DNA of 57,651 nt, counting the filler, from Sphacelaria rigidula (Eukaryota): NCBI GenBank assembly GCA_964200075.2. It is 5 parts of 5 records of this genome, joined end to end, with 100 filler letters (N's around TTAATTAATTAA, not from the genome) between each part and the next. Parts side by side here need not be neighbours in the genome. Positions count along the whole stretch, not along the records: positions 11,553 to 23,002 come from CAXNAA020004906.1; positions 23,103 to 34,552 come from CAXNAA020004907.1; 3 more parts are not named here. One strand, written 5' to 3'. Every line of letters starts with the position of its first letter. Position 1 is the stretch's first letter. Of this stretch, positions 13,490 to 26,788 are shown in pieces. The notes under the pieces were generated by a model. The model saw nothing but the letters and a program-made list of their open reading frames with translations, did no database searches and had not been told where the DNA came from. The translations under genes were made by a program, and so were the position numbers.

Positions 13490-14490
13490 CTCTGACAACG
13501 TGGAGGATCACTACTGCACTACACCGACAGCATGGGGCATAATTATTGTTACAAACATGCGAGATCCCATCGAACGTCATTCGTGCACTGTGCATTTGAA
13601 AATAAAGTTTTTGCCCATCGTATGCACAGTGAATCGTATGCACAGGTCCTCAAGAAGACCAGATGCCGAAGTGCCGAAGCCATCGTCCGGCAACGACGAC
13701 TTCTCTTCGCGGGAGCCCTAGTTAGACAACCAACCGGACGGACGAATACCGAAGCGAATATCATTCGGAGAACACTAGTCGGGGGGGAGGATCCAGGACC
13801 AGGGTGCCCGGAACAAAACTGGCTGAAGTGCCTGAGGGACGATCTTCACGCTTTCGGAGCCACAGACGCCGCTCTACGCACGACAACCGCCAGACATTCG
13901 GAATTGACCGCGTCCTATGACGCTCAGCAACGAATAAGGAGGGGGGTTGCCGTGGCACGCGAGAGTGCTGCAGGGAAAGGAAAGGTTCATGACTTCACGG
14001 CACAGAAATGAAGAGGAGGCCAGCTGACCTCGTGCGATTGGACGGGAGACCAAAGAAGCCTACCTAACACAGCAATGATGACGGTCCAGAGAAGGAGGGG
14101 TGAGGGGTGACCCCCCCCCGATGAGCGGTGCAGCTATGTCGTGCGGTACTTGTCGTGATATGCCTGGTATGCTTGTACGTACGGATTGTCCCTCGAGAGG
14201 TCGAAAGATAGAACCTTGCGATTCTGAGTCCTATGGTTGGTGGTCTTCGGGCCCTTGAGTTTCACCCGTAGTCGGACCGTATGTTCATTTCTACTTGGCC
14301 TCGCGCGTCGAGTTTGAAAACCGGGTACCACCCACTGAGGTGCGAATGGCCACCTGCGGCACCGGACCTTCTGAGGTTCGCCATATATATGTATTCTCGT
14401 TCTTCTTTGTTATTTGTTCCTGTTTTGCTTGTATCGCGTTTTGTGATATTTAATCTGGGTCTATTTCGTTGTTTTGGTTTTGTTTGATTT
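13490..14490 (+). mobile_element. 5'-truncated LINE (RTE-like) 3' end: post-RT coding tail plus 3' UTR
   Basis: ORF 13532-14011 contains SYAQVLKKTRCRSAEAIVRQRRLLFAGALVR...GPGCPEQNWLKCLRDDLHAFG, the typical C-terminal tail of RTE-type ORF2 (I..RRL.W.GH..R...RP...W...L..DL). Frameshifted, with a T-rich tail at ~14400-14490. Confidence 0.7.
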
Positions 14491-15384
14491 CCTCATACCT
14501 TATCATAGGTAGCTAGCCTGTGACCAAGGAAGGCGCCCACATCAAATGCCCAGTACGAACGTACCGCGCAGATATCGGAACGGTTTTCAATGTCAAGACA
14601 ACGACAACAACAGCAACAACCACAACTCCGTAGTTCATTTACTTTCTTCCTCATATACGCTCCGAAGAACAGCAAGTACAATCTGTGTACCGTAAAGAAA
14701 GTTCTCAAAATATTTACCCTGTTTCTAGCCGCCGCTGCACAAAACACCACGACAGAACAGCAGCCACGATGCAATTTAAGGCGAAGGGGAGGATGCATCA
14801 TCATCATATACCCTCGGTTTGAGCATCAGCTGAAGCACCCTAAACCTAACCCCTTGCGCATGTGCAGGACTGTGAATATTAGTCGCCTGTTCAGGAGTCC
14901 AGCACACGCCCGGGGCAACAGCCGGAGTAACTTGGACCAATCAAACGCTATTACAACACATATTTACCACGCATATCATATAGGCAAAAACTTTGCAAAA
15001 AGCCCCCGCGGCTGCTGAAACGAGCTGCAAAACGCTCCACACACCATAGACAGTACCGCACCATAAAAGTGCAGTTAGACGGTACCTTGCCTATAACGAC
15101 TGTGTGTGTGCGGGGTTGTAAAAAATCTTCAGCTCCTGTGGATGTTCTGTCGGTTAGTTGGGCTTTTGTAAACGCGAGAGAAGAAGCCTGGTGCAGCGCG
15201 CATACTGTTTTGGGCACTTGCTGTTGTAGTCAGCAGCCGCTCAGCACACATACCACAGCAACCCAATTTCAAAATATAAAGAAACAGTTTTTTGGGGAGG
15301 GAGGGGTTCAGCAGAGCAATCTTCATTACAACGCATACAAAAATAGGGAAAGCTACGACAGCTACAGCGGTCGCGAGCAAAGTA

Positions 15385-15445
15385 CAGCAGCAGCAGCAGC
15401 GGCAGCGGCAGCAACAACAGCAGCAACAGCAACAACAGCAACAGC
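15385..15445 (+). repeat. (CAG/CAA)n microsatellite
   Basis: Seen directly. Confidence 0.9.
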
Positions 15446-15535
15446 TGAAGGACATAAACACCAGGACAGGAGGAGGACGTCAGCTTTACTTGTTTTGTTT
15501 TATTGCCGGCGGGGGGTCTGGGTTGTGTTCTTGAG

Positions 15536-15758
15536 ATGTCTGGAAACAACAGCGGCAGCGGTAACAAACGCGTGAAGGCAGAGTCTCCGCTGCAGCTGCC
15601 CAGTAATGATTCAAAGCGCATAAAATCCGAGAGGAGCGGCGGAGGCAGCAGCGGTTCATTGGGCGCCGGGGGGGCCAAACGAGCAACGCGTGCATCAACT
15701 GGAGCCCCGATTGCGTTGACGGCTAAGGGTTCCCTCTATCGGGCTCACAAGGATACTG
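15536..15758 (+). CDS. Probable first coding exon of an unidentified, possibly nuclear, protein
   Basis: ATG at 15536 opens MSGNNSGSGNKRVKAESPLQLPSNDSKRIKSERSGGG...HKDT and ends at a good donor G|GTGAGG (15759). KRVK and KRIK are NLS-like. Downstream exons not identified. Confidence 0.5.
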
Positions 15759-18700
15759 GTGAGGGAGGACAGAAAAGGAGAGGCGGGTGTTGTTGCTTGT
15801 TTTTGCATGAGCGTGTTCGTGTGCAATTAGCATGATCATCCGGGCCCTACATAGAAGTTGTGTCGCAGCAGCAGCAGCAGGTGCCTCTGTAAAAATTCAC
15901 TCTTGCATATCAATTTGGTCGTAAATATAAGGGGAATTCATGATACACCTTTACTAGGTAATACACCTTATATATATATCATGATGTAGTGGTGGATGAT
16001 GTGGCATGTGGCCCCATTGTACGTATGCGTATTTTTCTTCCATGTGTCTGTTTATTTTATTCATGCTCGCTTCACCGTTCAAAATCACCGCCTGGTGTTG
16101 GGTGGCGATGATTATGGGTACATTTTTCTATCCGTGGTATCAGGCTTTGGAGTCTTTCTTGTGCTCCCAGCTCCCTCTCCCTACCTTCACTCCGTCGTAT
16201 CCCCGCCCTCCATCCTCATTGCATGTCTACTCATTGATTGTTGAAGCGGACTGCTCGCGTGGGTGAGGGTGTATGCATGGAGGATGTGTTTTGTCACACA
16301 TAAAAATCAAGTTGAGTAACACGTTTTTCTTTTTTCTTTTTTTTATCATGGAAGACACGTTCATACAGCAGGGCACATGCGCGCTTGCAGGTCTCCCTAG
16401 CACATACATGCAGTTTCATGTGTGGGGAGATACAGACAGTACAACAACTGTGAAAAGGATATACCTACGAATGTAGACAATGTGAGAAGGCAAAACACAT
16501 ACAAGCGCAAAGCGAGCACACACGAAGAAGACGGAGAGACCGAATCGGCGGTTCGAGCTTATGCATGCACACCACGAACAAAGGCAACATCACTCCCAAG
16601 TGCAAGCACGGAACGAAAGAAGTAACTGAAGCCGATTGCGTCATGTTGATGTGTGCAAGTACGAACAACTACGTGACACAGCTAGCTGCATTTCTTTGGT
16701 GCCATTTACTCCCAAGACACACGGCAACAGCGCGGGGTCGGAACGAAAGAGCGCATACACACACATGAAAAAATGCATGGGGTCAACGACTAACACGAAC
16801 ATCACCCTCATCCATGAGTAACTTCTCAAGTCAATCATGGCTGCTTGCATACACTGTACACGAACCCACTGCATGCCGCATACGACCTAACTGGGTGACG
16901 ACAGTTCAGACAGCACAACAACAGTCCAACAGTTGTCCTTCTGCGCATGCTACTGCCTGTTGCACTATATACATCTGTACTGTCTGTAGTGTAGTGAAAC
17001 TTCTTCGACATCAGTGCGTCACGGAGTTGTCAAATATGACGATGCGTATTTTTCAAAATATCCCTGAATCTTGTGTGTGTGTGTGTTATATGTTTCAAAC
17101 TGCGGTTTCCCCGCCTTCTCCTCGATGCATGCGCCTTGGGAAAAAGCAAGTGCGTCCATGATCATGTATGGCCATAATGCCGCTCCTTTCGGCTGTGTAA
17201 ACGAGGCATAGCCTTTCAGACCCTCCCTCTCCTGCCTCTCTCCCGCCTCCCTTCTGCCTCTCTCCCGCCTCCCTCCTGCCATCCTCCTTAGCCATATTTC
17301 TGTGTGTCGTATGTCGCGCTGGTGTGTTTTTCGTCTTCGTGTCTCCCTGTCTGAGTTCTCTCACAATCATTGCTGCCATACAAATTGCGGTACAATAAGA
17401 CACCACGAAGCAAAACTCTCGAAAAATGCGCGAATGACACCTGCGATAGGCAAAAAAAAAATGCAAGATGAAAGAGATACATTGTACGTGGTATAGTAAA
17501 TCTTGAATATTTTCCGATTAGTATCGTTCACAGATACGGACAGACAGAGGTATAGTATGTCATTGATGTGAGGTGTGCGCGGTACGCTGGTCAGTGCATG
17601 TCATCTCTCTCTTGTATGAATTTTGATCTGCGGCACGAACCGCGACAGACTTGCCAACGTGTATGCACAGTATGTGTGCATGTATGTGTGTATGTGTATT
17701 AGCCCGGGTCCGCACTCCTTCTGCCCTGCATCATCCTGTCCTGTTCTGTCCGTTGTTGTCGTTTGCACAACAACAGTCGTACCATGAACTGCGGTCGAAA
17801 TTACGCTTACGCGTTCGCCAATTTTCCCGTCTCGGAGGGAACAGGGACCAGTATGTGCCACAACACCAGCGCTTCACAGCAGCTGGCTGTTGCATGTACG
17901 CTCACAAGGTTATCACCACCACAATTGGTCCGTTGTGGTACCACCTCTGCACAGTACAGTTTTACAACAGTCTTGTTAGTTGGTCTCCTCTCGAGGTCTG
18001 CTGTAGCTGATTATGACCCCCCCCCTCCGATTATTTCTTGTTGCTCTGGGTTTGTGTACATCGCAGTGTACATACATGATCTCTGTTTCATCTTGCCCCC
18101 TCGAGCCTGGTTCCCCCCTTGTCACCGAACATTACCGCGAGGGAAGGCGTACGTCCCGTATGATATGTATATAGTTTATGAATTCGCAAGGTGGTAGTCA
18201 AGGGCCCCCCTCTTGGCTGCTTCGGCCTCGCGACTGCAATTGGTGATGATGACAATCTATCCATGTTCCTCTTCCATGTATGTGCTTTGCTCCGCAATGT
18301 AGTAATTTCTCTCACGGTATGCACACGAAGAAAATGAGTCTTGTGCATCCCATGATACCTGATACCGCGCCGCTTCTGCAGAGACGGATGCCTGTTAGCA
18401 CATACAAACACACACCACACCATGGTGAGGTGAGTTGATACAACATGCCGCACAACAGTTGATGCTTACTTGATTGCCTGAACCAACACCGTATCATAAG
18501 TGTTGAACACCAGTGTGCCATCTGGACCTTGCATAAATCCTTCAACGTCAAGTGAAAATGGTGCCGATTCGACAGATGGTCCACGGTAGTCGAAAAAGGT
18601 TAGAAGGTTGACCTCCAGAGTACCGTTCGGCACTTACTAACACGTTTTCGATTTTTCTTTCACCTGTGCGGTATTTCCTGCTAGCGGCAGGCGGCCCGCG

Positions 18701-20449
18701 GTTGAAGAGTTGAGTGCGCCCGCACGTGCGCGCATGTGTATTTGTAGTAGCGCTTGTACATGGTATATACAGTACATCTATATCTGTGACTAAGAGGAAG
18801 GCGTGCAAAATTTCCCCAGTTCGTGCCGCCTGGAACGTGAATCCTACTTACGGGAACACCCACGAATGATATGTATTATGTATCTCTTTTCATGGCCAGC
18901 TTTGTCTTCTGAGTCTTTTGCATAGACTTTTCAAGTGAAAAATCATGTCGTGTTCAACTGATGACCCCATCCTGGCGGCCAAAAGACCAAAGGTTTGTAT
19001 GTAGGAGCTGGACGATATACTTGCAACAACCAGTGCACGAGCCATGGATGTACGAGCATTCATTATTCTGCACAGGAGTTGACCGTTCGACCTCGTCAGG
19101 GAGGGGGGTCATGTAGATCGCACGGCCAGCCATGTTTCCATTCGTTTTTTGATTAAACTGAAATATGTATGATAAGTCGATAAATTACACTGTACCACCC
19201 TCGGGTGGTCAATCAGCGGGTTTCGCGAAGCAGGTCTCTCAGGGCCAACGCGCCACTTCATATATCGATCTTCATGGATTGACGTCGTGGCTCCTTCAGT
19301 CGAGAATGGTTCCCTCTCGACTCTCGAGGTATCCGAGGGCATCCGTTCCTTACTATCAATATTTTGGTCAGTGAGAATAAGCCGCGGAATCCTGAAATTC
19401 CGACTTGGTAGATCCACGTCATTTATATTCCGATTGCTTCACGTCATTTGGTCCTCGTTTGTGCGTACGCGCTTCCTACCGAAAAGGTCCAAAACATGAA
19501 ATTCTTGATGTGCCTTTTTCTTTTTTCTATCGGAAAAGTTCACTTTTCTTTTCTTGTACATGCTAAGAAGGGTCAGACAAACAATGAGTCGTCTGGAAAT
19601 TACTTGGTTCTAGTATAATTGATCCGACTCGTCGAATCAATCCCTAGGCTTTGTTTTCAGCGTTGCAACCCAGGTACACGCAGCCCAGACACGTGGAATG
19701 GCGCAAGAGTTGCGTGGATCCCCCTTAGACCAGCGGTCAAAATTTTCCTCCCTTTTGGGCAATCAGACCGAAGAAATCGTGGATTTGGTGATTCTTAGTC
19801 GTGACGATTTGTCCTAACCATGGATGCTAACGAACACTCGCGTGGCTCTGACTGTGCAGTTCCAAGTGAACGTGGCACACCCTGGACAAAATACATGTAA
19901 CGGTCAAGAGAGGCAATAGACAAAAATGTACTGCGCAAAGTACAAGCGTATTGCAACCGTTGTCGGCATTGTACGAGCTGTCCCAGAGTGTGGAACATTG
20001 AACACTGCCTGTGACGACGGTTCACGGAACTATAACCCTAACTCTAACCCGTACCAAGGCATACAACAGTAGTGCCGGGCCCGCTCGCAAGAGATGTCTT
20101 CGTGAGAAGATGGGTCTCAGATTTTCGAAAACTCGGAAAATTGCCGAAAGAAATTGGGCTCAAATAGACGAGACAAAGCAAGAAATTGAGCGGCAGGAAA
20201 TCGAACGTTGTCATGCAACGAAAGTTGGTACTGTACCCATGAAGAATAACTGGCGTAAAAAGAATGGTGAAGAAATTGCTGGGCTGGGAATAAGAAATGA
20301 TCGAAAAGAAAAATAGATGCAATTTTCTTGGCCATCATACGTACGTGGTACGAAATGGTTACGGGAGAACTAACGCTCATATCGGCTGCTGAAGTAATGC
20401 TTTTGAGTCTAGCTCAAGATAGGTGTTTCTCATGAGCGGGCCGGCACTA

Positions 20450-21190
20450 CGAGAGAACCCCTCGGGCACGGGGGGGGGAGTGAAGGGTGCACTAGGTAAA
20501 GCATGCGCTGGTAGACCTCAAATCGGCGCCTACGGTGTGCCAATTTGGACAAAACACGTCCTGGTCTAGGCAGGAGCACTTGGTACTGCAAGTCCCTCGA
20601 AGATCCGAGCATCGGTGTTCATCCTAAAGTCAAGTAACAGCCATTGTTTCCGACCATTTGATGAACTCTGTTGTGCCACGAAAACTATTTTTGGTTATTG
20701 TTGTTCCGTCTCCAGACGGTCCAGTCCTGTCCAGCCTGGCCTTATTTTTTATTGTTGTTGTTTTTTTTCTCTTTCTTTACGGAGCTTTTTTGGCAACCCG
20801 CGAGCCCCTCAATCAACTCCTCAATTCCGACGTGCAGTGACAGGTATCGGAGCAAAAATCTATGATAGATGAAAGGTGATTTCTCTTCATGGATGTACGT
20901 ATTAGATGTTTGTTAGTCGGAAAGATTTCCCGCGACTCTACTCTACAGGATACAGTAGTACTTCACCACTGGGTCGATTGGAACCTTTCCGGAAATTTAT
21001 TACTTGATTTGAGTGTAAACACGGATGTTCGGATCGTTGGCGGGACTGACGGCGCCAACTGCTCCTCGCGTGCGCAGAACGCATTTTCGTCAAATTCGGC
21101 GGCTGTGGCGCCGTTTTGTTTGAGGTCTCCCAACGCCACACTTTGCCTCGGGATTGCTTCGCTCCCCCCTCGCCCGAGGGTTCTCGGTAC
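20450..21190. mobile_element. MITE-like element with ~190-bp degenerate inverted ends
   Basis: gagaaccc.tcgggc... (20452) versus ...gcccgagggttctcggtac (21172-21190). A third end-copy lies at ~43480-43672. Confidence 0.55.
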
Positions 21191-21895
21191 GCCTTGGGTT
21201 GGGGCTAGGGTTAGGGTTGGCGTTATTTACAAAAGTATGTTTCCGAGATATGTCTTCATCGACCAAGTGGTATACACACGTCACAGTAAATGAGAGTTAG
21301 GTACGGTACCACGTGAAAGTAGCACACTCTGGACAACATACGGTCGATACTCGACTCATTCTACCATAGGGGGGTGTACTCATCCTACCATAGAGGAGGG
21401 GGGAGGGGGGGTATTGGATTGCACGAAAAAAGAGGCTCATACGTATGTCAGACGACCTGCCACACTTGCGGTGCGCTTGTATTTGGTTCAAAACGGTGTC
21501 AATCGGTATGAATGAGCGTTACATAACTGTAACAAGCTTGTTCGAGCAACCGTTGCTACTTTCAATGACGATTTGATGTTGAATTTCGTGTAAGAAGTAG
21601 CCCAAAGTACCCCCCCCCCCCATCGTAGGATGACTGAGTTGCAAAAGACAGAAAAATGTAATGTACTGCGCAAAGTAAAGGCCTATTTATTGCGACCATT
21701 CTATTGCCGGTCGACAATAATTGCAATTCGCCTGTACATGATGCAGAATATTTCTCGCCTATTCCAACTATTGAGCCATGTATTATTGTTATTGATAGAG
21801 AGTTTCGGAAAACAATGCTATTCATTTCAGGGTGCAAATATCTCAGGATCAGGGTGTAATAAAAAATGATTTCCCCCCGCCGTCGAATGTGGTAT

Positions 21896-22976
21896 CTGGC
21901 ACCGAGTTCATGGGTATGGGTCGTTATGAAATAATTAAACTCAAATGAGCTACTTTTTCGTTGTTGTCCATGATTCTCGAACGGATTTAACCCGGGATTT
22001 CTGCATAGGTGTACACACGTGCGCTACTCAAGCCCCATGTACCGCAGAGAGGTCAAGAAGGTTGAGTTGTTCGGGCTTTCTTCATGCCCAGGCCCGATCT
22101 GGGCTTCATTTCCCCCCGCCAGCTGGCTACAGTCCAGAACAGTACAGTATCTCGATGATATTTTCACAAGCACCATTTCACCATGAAGGAAGCTTACGGT
22201 ACACCTTCGAAAGGGGGCGGTGCTCTAGCACACGGGGTCGCACACGCAATAGAGATACATGTTCACGTCAGCTATCTTGTGTTGGGTGCGTATAGTGCTT
22301 GGTCGTCTTCGCCATTGCTTTCTCTAAATAATATCTGGCGCGGCACCGACTGCACCTTCACCACGAGATGCGCCAACCCTGGCCAGGCGGTGGGCATCGC
22401 GTGAGTACTGTTGTCTGTACGGCACCGATCAACACGAGCCATCCAGAACAATAGCACGACGGCCAACAATACTCACCCAGCAGCATTGATGCTGATATAG
22501 TCTTTTGCTCGGGTTTGCGACGTCCGGGAGCATGAAACAACGCATAATGACGACGATAGCACCGTCTGATTTCTTGCCCGGCCCGTATCCAAAGCCGCGG
22601 GAGGGTGCAGGAGGAGGAGCAAGTTGAGCGCAAATGGAGACTGCGACGCCAACCCCGACCACCGTAACCATACCGCAGGCACGACAACGCTCATGGCGAA
22701 CGTTTGGTACACCAACCCTTATACGGAAAGACAAAGCACTCCTTGTGAGGCCGTTGTTATCGTGGATACCATCTCTCCGCAGCACGGTCCTGTACTGCGG
22801 CTGCGGGCTGCAGAAGGCCGGTAAACACAAGTGTGACGGAGTCCATACTAAAATCAAGTTTGCGTTATGAAATGCGTTATGAAACGTAGAGGGACCGGTA
22901 ATAATTTGAATATAATTACTTGAAATTAGTGTTTGCGTTATAAAATTTGGCCCGTACCCATGAGCCCGCCGCCTGG
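21896..22976. mobile_element. Possible TIR-bounded non-autonomous DNA element containing a decayed coding fragment
   Basis: Left ctggcaccgagttcatgggtatgggtc versus right-end reverse complement caggcggcgggctcatgggtacgggcc. A cgttatgaaa motif is repeated near both ends. Confidence 0.4.
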
Positions 22977-23002
22977 TATCTCCTTCACTTTTTTTCGTTT
23001 TT

Positions 23003-23102
23003 NNNNNNNNNNNNNNNNNNNNNNNNNNNNNNNNNNNNNNNNNNNNTTAATTAATTAANNNNNNNNNNNNNNNNNNNNNNNNNNNNNNNNNNNNNNNNNN
23101 NN
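23003..23102. other. Artificial contig spacer
   Basis: N44-TTAATTAATTAA-N44. Confidence 0.98.
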
Positions 23103-23139
23103 CTTCAGCCCCATATTTTGTTTGAACCCCAAAATATAA

Positions 23140-23356
23140 AATCGGCTGTTTGTTGCTGTGTTAAACGATGCCCTCCCCTCCGATATCGACCTTGAAGATC
23201 ATCTGGGAAATGCGATGGCGACCTTCAGGGTTCTGAATGGCAACCACCGGACGGGTGCAGTGCACAACATCGACTGCAGGCGCGGCACGGACACGGCGAT
23301 CATGGTTCAAGTCCATCGTCAGATGTCTCCTGCAACGGAGAGGATGGTTTCTCAAG
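23140..23356 (+). pseudogene. Exon A: ParB/Srx-like core
   Basis: NRLFVAVLND...TFRVLNGNHRTGAV...IMVQVHRQMSPATERMVSQ. GNHR matches the ParB/Srx G.HR motif. Donor G|GTGGGC. Confidence 0.7.
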
Positions 23357-24102
23357 GTGGGCTAGCATGAGTATTTCGTTTTGCTTCCTCTTTTTGTCTT
23401 AATATTCAGATTTCGCTTAGGCGCCTTGGCACGAGGGACATCTAGCCATAGCTCTGCACCGCAGTCAGCTGCGAAGTGTAGAGAATTGAGTGTCGCAGGC
23501 TATGCGGCATAATTACGGGGAAAAAATGGCCGAATTGGCATTTGCGCTTTCAGTCCGTTGTGCCGCGGGCGCACAGTGATGGTGCTGCACCAATTGTGGT
23601 CGTACAAGAACGCATGTCGTACTGTAGTCGCGCCGTGCCTTAGATGGCGCGTAGACGAGACCTCCGGCGCGCCAAGGCGTCGCGCTTGTAGAAAACGTCA
23701 AAGTCCCGGCTAAGATTGTTGTATCCTAAAAGCAAATGAACAGGTTCTCGACAGAAAAATGCGATTTCACCGCTCAATTTCAATTTGTTTTCCACGGAAG
23801 TTTGATACGATATACATCGGGTATAGGTGGGGCCTCTACCGTTTCCCCATCTCCTTTGTTATTATTTTCTTTGTACGTTATTGGTGATCTAAATTTTGGA
23901 ACGGATTATCCTGTATCGTTTTTGTCGACAACTCATTGGAAAATAAGATGTCGAGGGGGGATGATGGGGACTTCACGAATTACCTCATGCGCATCGTGTC
24001 GAAATTTTGTTCAAAGGTACATAAGCCATACAGCATAATCATGTTTCTTTTTTTCGTGACATAACGTTTCGTCTGTTCTCTTGACTCTTTTTTCTGCATC
24101 AG

Positions 24103-24254
24103 ACTTGAATTTGATCGCCGCTACTTCGGTCGAGCGCTTGTTGGTCGATCAGATCAGGTGGTACAGGACCATCGTGAGGGCTGTCCAGCAGGGCCAAGGC
24201 TCTTCGCTTACCGAGACCCAGCTTTGCAATCTCGTCAGGAAGGAGTTCATAAAA
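24103..24254 (+). pseudogene. Exon B: end of ParB domain and first HTH helix
   Basis: Acceptor ttttttctgcatcag. The G|AC join gives SQ-D-LNLIAATSVERLLVDQIRWYRTIV...LTETQLCNLVRKEFIK. An alternative GT donor follows 24258. Confidence 0.7.
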
Positions 24255-25220
24255 GCAAGTGAGCATTCGCGTGTTGCCTACAAGCCACTTGACCACACTC
24301 GTGCCCGTTCGACGCGGGTTTTGAAAACTATTCTGCTGTCGCCGTGAGATACTCAAAACCGTTGGGATCACGCACTGTCGTCGTCGTCGTCTGTAGCAGC
24401 GGTTGATAATCCATCCCTTCTGGGGTCAATTTGTAGATGATTCTCAGTGAGACTAAGGCCGCTTCTCACAGGCTGAAAAAAATGTCTCTGAGAAAAGTCG
24501 TTTTGGTCAGTCTCCAGAGACGTTTTTCAGAACACTATCTTATAAGGCAATTTTTTATTTGAAAAAAAACTGTGGAAACTGGCCGAAATTTGCAGGGAGC
24601 GGGATTTTGCCAAATCCCTCTGCAAAAAGCCATCGATTCGCGAAGACGTTTCTCTATCTGGGAATTGCCGTTCCACAATGCATTTCTCGCACACCGTCAC
24701 AATGGTACAGTCAGGGCTCCATCACGTACTCCTCCCATACAAGCATTGTACAGTCAGTGCAAAAGTAAGTGTGCATGTTGTATGTACAGTATCGTGGCAA
24801 CATGACCGCAGGACAGACAGTACAGACAGTACAGCGCTTTTTGCCTTCAGCGTTACTACCGTAAAATAGCACGATGTCGCCCCTACTGGCTGTGTTGACT
24901 GCTCGTATCGTTTCATGCTAGTCGTGCCCGCCACCGATCGCAGACTCTGTAGTAGTCTGTGTACTGAGAGGCTTGCTACCGCACTGCTAACTGTCGCTTG
25001 GATTTGTTGTGTGCAGCGTGGGACAAACCGTCTGCTGCGCAACACATTACACCGACACGACTACAGCACCAAGCGGCGATCGGCTGAAGTAAGGGTTGAT
25101 ACGCCTATTATTCCGTTCCCTATTATACCGGTGGCTACTGTGCGTGTGCACGTGCGTGTGTGTGAGTGTGCGTGTCTCTGTGTGTGTTGTCATCCCATCT
25201 TTCCTGGGGTTGTCTACGCA

Positions 25221-26477
25221 CACGTGGACAAATAGCACCCTGTAGGACGAGCTGCACAGGGTTCTCCACAGTCTTTGTGAAAGCCCCTGTGCAGCATTTG
25301 CAAACCCTAGTACCTGCAATAGCATTTTGCATAGCGTTTTTGTCGAAACCCTGCAAGCAACCCTGTGGAGAGGCCTTCCCAATTTCGGAAATTCCGAATT
25401 ATTTTGATATAAAATCTGTACATATTTACTTTTTTGAATAGCTTCTCCTGCTGTTCGAGATAAATCCTCTTTTTGCCCGATTCAGATCGGGCAAAAATGA
25501 ATTTATCTCGAACAGCAGGAGAAGCTATTCAAAATAGATCCTTTTTTCGCCCCTTTAAATTGGGGAGAAAAAGTGATCCATTTCGAACAGCTTATTCTCC
25601 TGCGCAAATCCCATGCACACTGGCAGATTTGGAATTAAAACAGCAAAAAAAGCTCAAAATAAATGTTCACTTTGCCCTCCAATTTCATTCGGAAATTGCG
25701 GGAAAAGAGATTCATTGCAAGCAGCGTCAGCTGTGCATACCCCGCATACTGCACCGTTACCAGCGTATGGGATCATACACGCAACAAACGTTGTTGAGAG
25801 CAACTCATCCTATAGCCACAAATGATGAATGTTTCTCAACAGCTTTCGCTGAGTGGAGATCCCACACATTGGTTACGTGTGTATGCCCACACCTGTGCGT
25901 ACACCACAAACTCGGCATGATAAGATGCTAGCGGAACGGTGTATACCTCGCACATCAATCCACATTGCTTTTGAAAACCCCGTGGTGCGCAGTCTACCAA
26001 AATCTCTCAACCGAGTATGCCTTTGTTCAGAGAGGTTTTCTCTTGATAGTTATTAGAAGTAGAAAGTAGTTCGTTCAATACAACAAATCAGGTACCTCAA
26101 TGTGTACACTGACGCAATCCACCGCACTCAATCGTGAGTTCGAGTCCTACTGCAGCTATTTCTTTACCGTTTTTTTCTGCCAGTACCATGCCCATAATGT
26201 ATGGAGTACTTTGTATGTGCGCTGTAAAGGCTGTACAGCATATAACAGCGATGAAATCTACACGGAGTGATGACGCCCTGTGAAGCGCCCTGTGTGGCAC
26301 AAAATAATACCCTACAGTCAAATCCCCGCGAGAAACCCTGCACAATTTCCCTGAAACCCTGTGAAGCGTCCTGTGGGGCGCAAAAACAACAAATACAGCC
26401 AAATCCCCGCGAGAAACACTACACAGTTTCCCTGAACCCTGTAGACGTGCCTCCACAGGGTGCTATTTGTCCATGTG
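25221..26477. mobile_element. Nested non-autonomous TIR element with CAC...GTG ends and subterminal repeats
   Basis: cacgtggacaaatagcaccctgt versus right-end reverse complement cacatggacaaatagcaccctgt. Two ~80-bp tandem units at ~26276-26442, plus an internal palindrome. Confidence 0.7.
25432..25534. repeat. ~100-bp near-perfect palindrome
   Basis: ttttgaatagcttctcctgctgttcgagataaat..ttttgcccgat-tcag-atcgggcaaaa..atttatctcgaacagcaggagaagctattcaaaa. Confidence 0.9.
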
Positions 26478-26788
26478 TACGTGTTGGTTTACCTCAGGTG
26501 ACTCAAGCACGAAATGCAAATGATGACAACTACCACCGCCTGCACGCAGGTTAGATGATGGCCTCGGGTGTACAAATCCCCAGGATGTTTTCAAAGTCTG
26601 AAAGGGTGGGTTCTGAAGACTTTTTTTCTCTATAAACGTCTCTGAGGATAGTCGTTCAGATAATTTTTTCAGTCTACAAGAAACAGCCTTAAGTACCTAA
26701 AGCATCGTGTCTTGAACTCCAGGGCCCACTCGAGTGCATTATGCTCGGCGCTGTGACCGCTTCCCTCCGTTGTTCCCTCGGCCAACAG

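Larger units (their letters stand above)
24457..26688. mobile_element. Non-autonomous TIR element (PIF/Harbinger-like ends) in intron 2 of the ParB-MTase gene
   Basis: Left taa|ggccgcttctcacaggctgaaaaaaat versus right-end reverse complement ggctgtttcttgtagactgaaaaaatt. The right flank is ttaa. Confidence 0.55.

Noticed and set aside
15069-15678. PolyQ/polyA/polyC ORFs
   Set aside because: Products of the CAG/CAA microsatellite.
18820-18870. AAWNVNP as the APE1 WNVNG motif
   Set aside because: It lacks the Gly and downstream LR, hits a stop within 8 codons, and is on another contig.
21195-21220. Telomere (tagggttagggtt)
   Set aside because: Only about two units, internal, and attached to a dispersed repeat end.
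26110-26160. tRNA gene (GTTCGAGTCC B-box)
   Set aside because: No cloverleaf or acceptor stem could be built; at most a SINE-head remnant.
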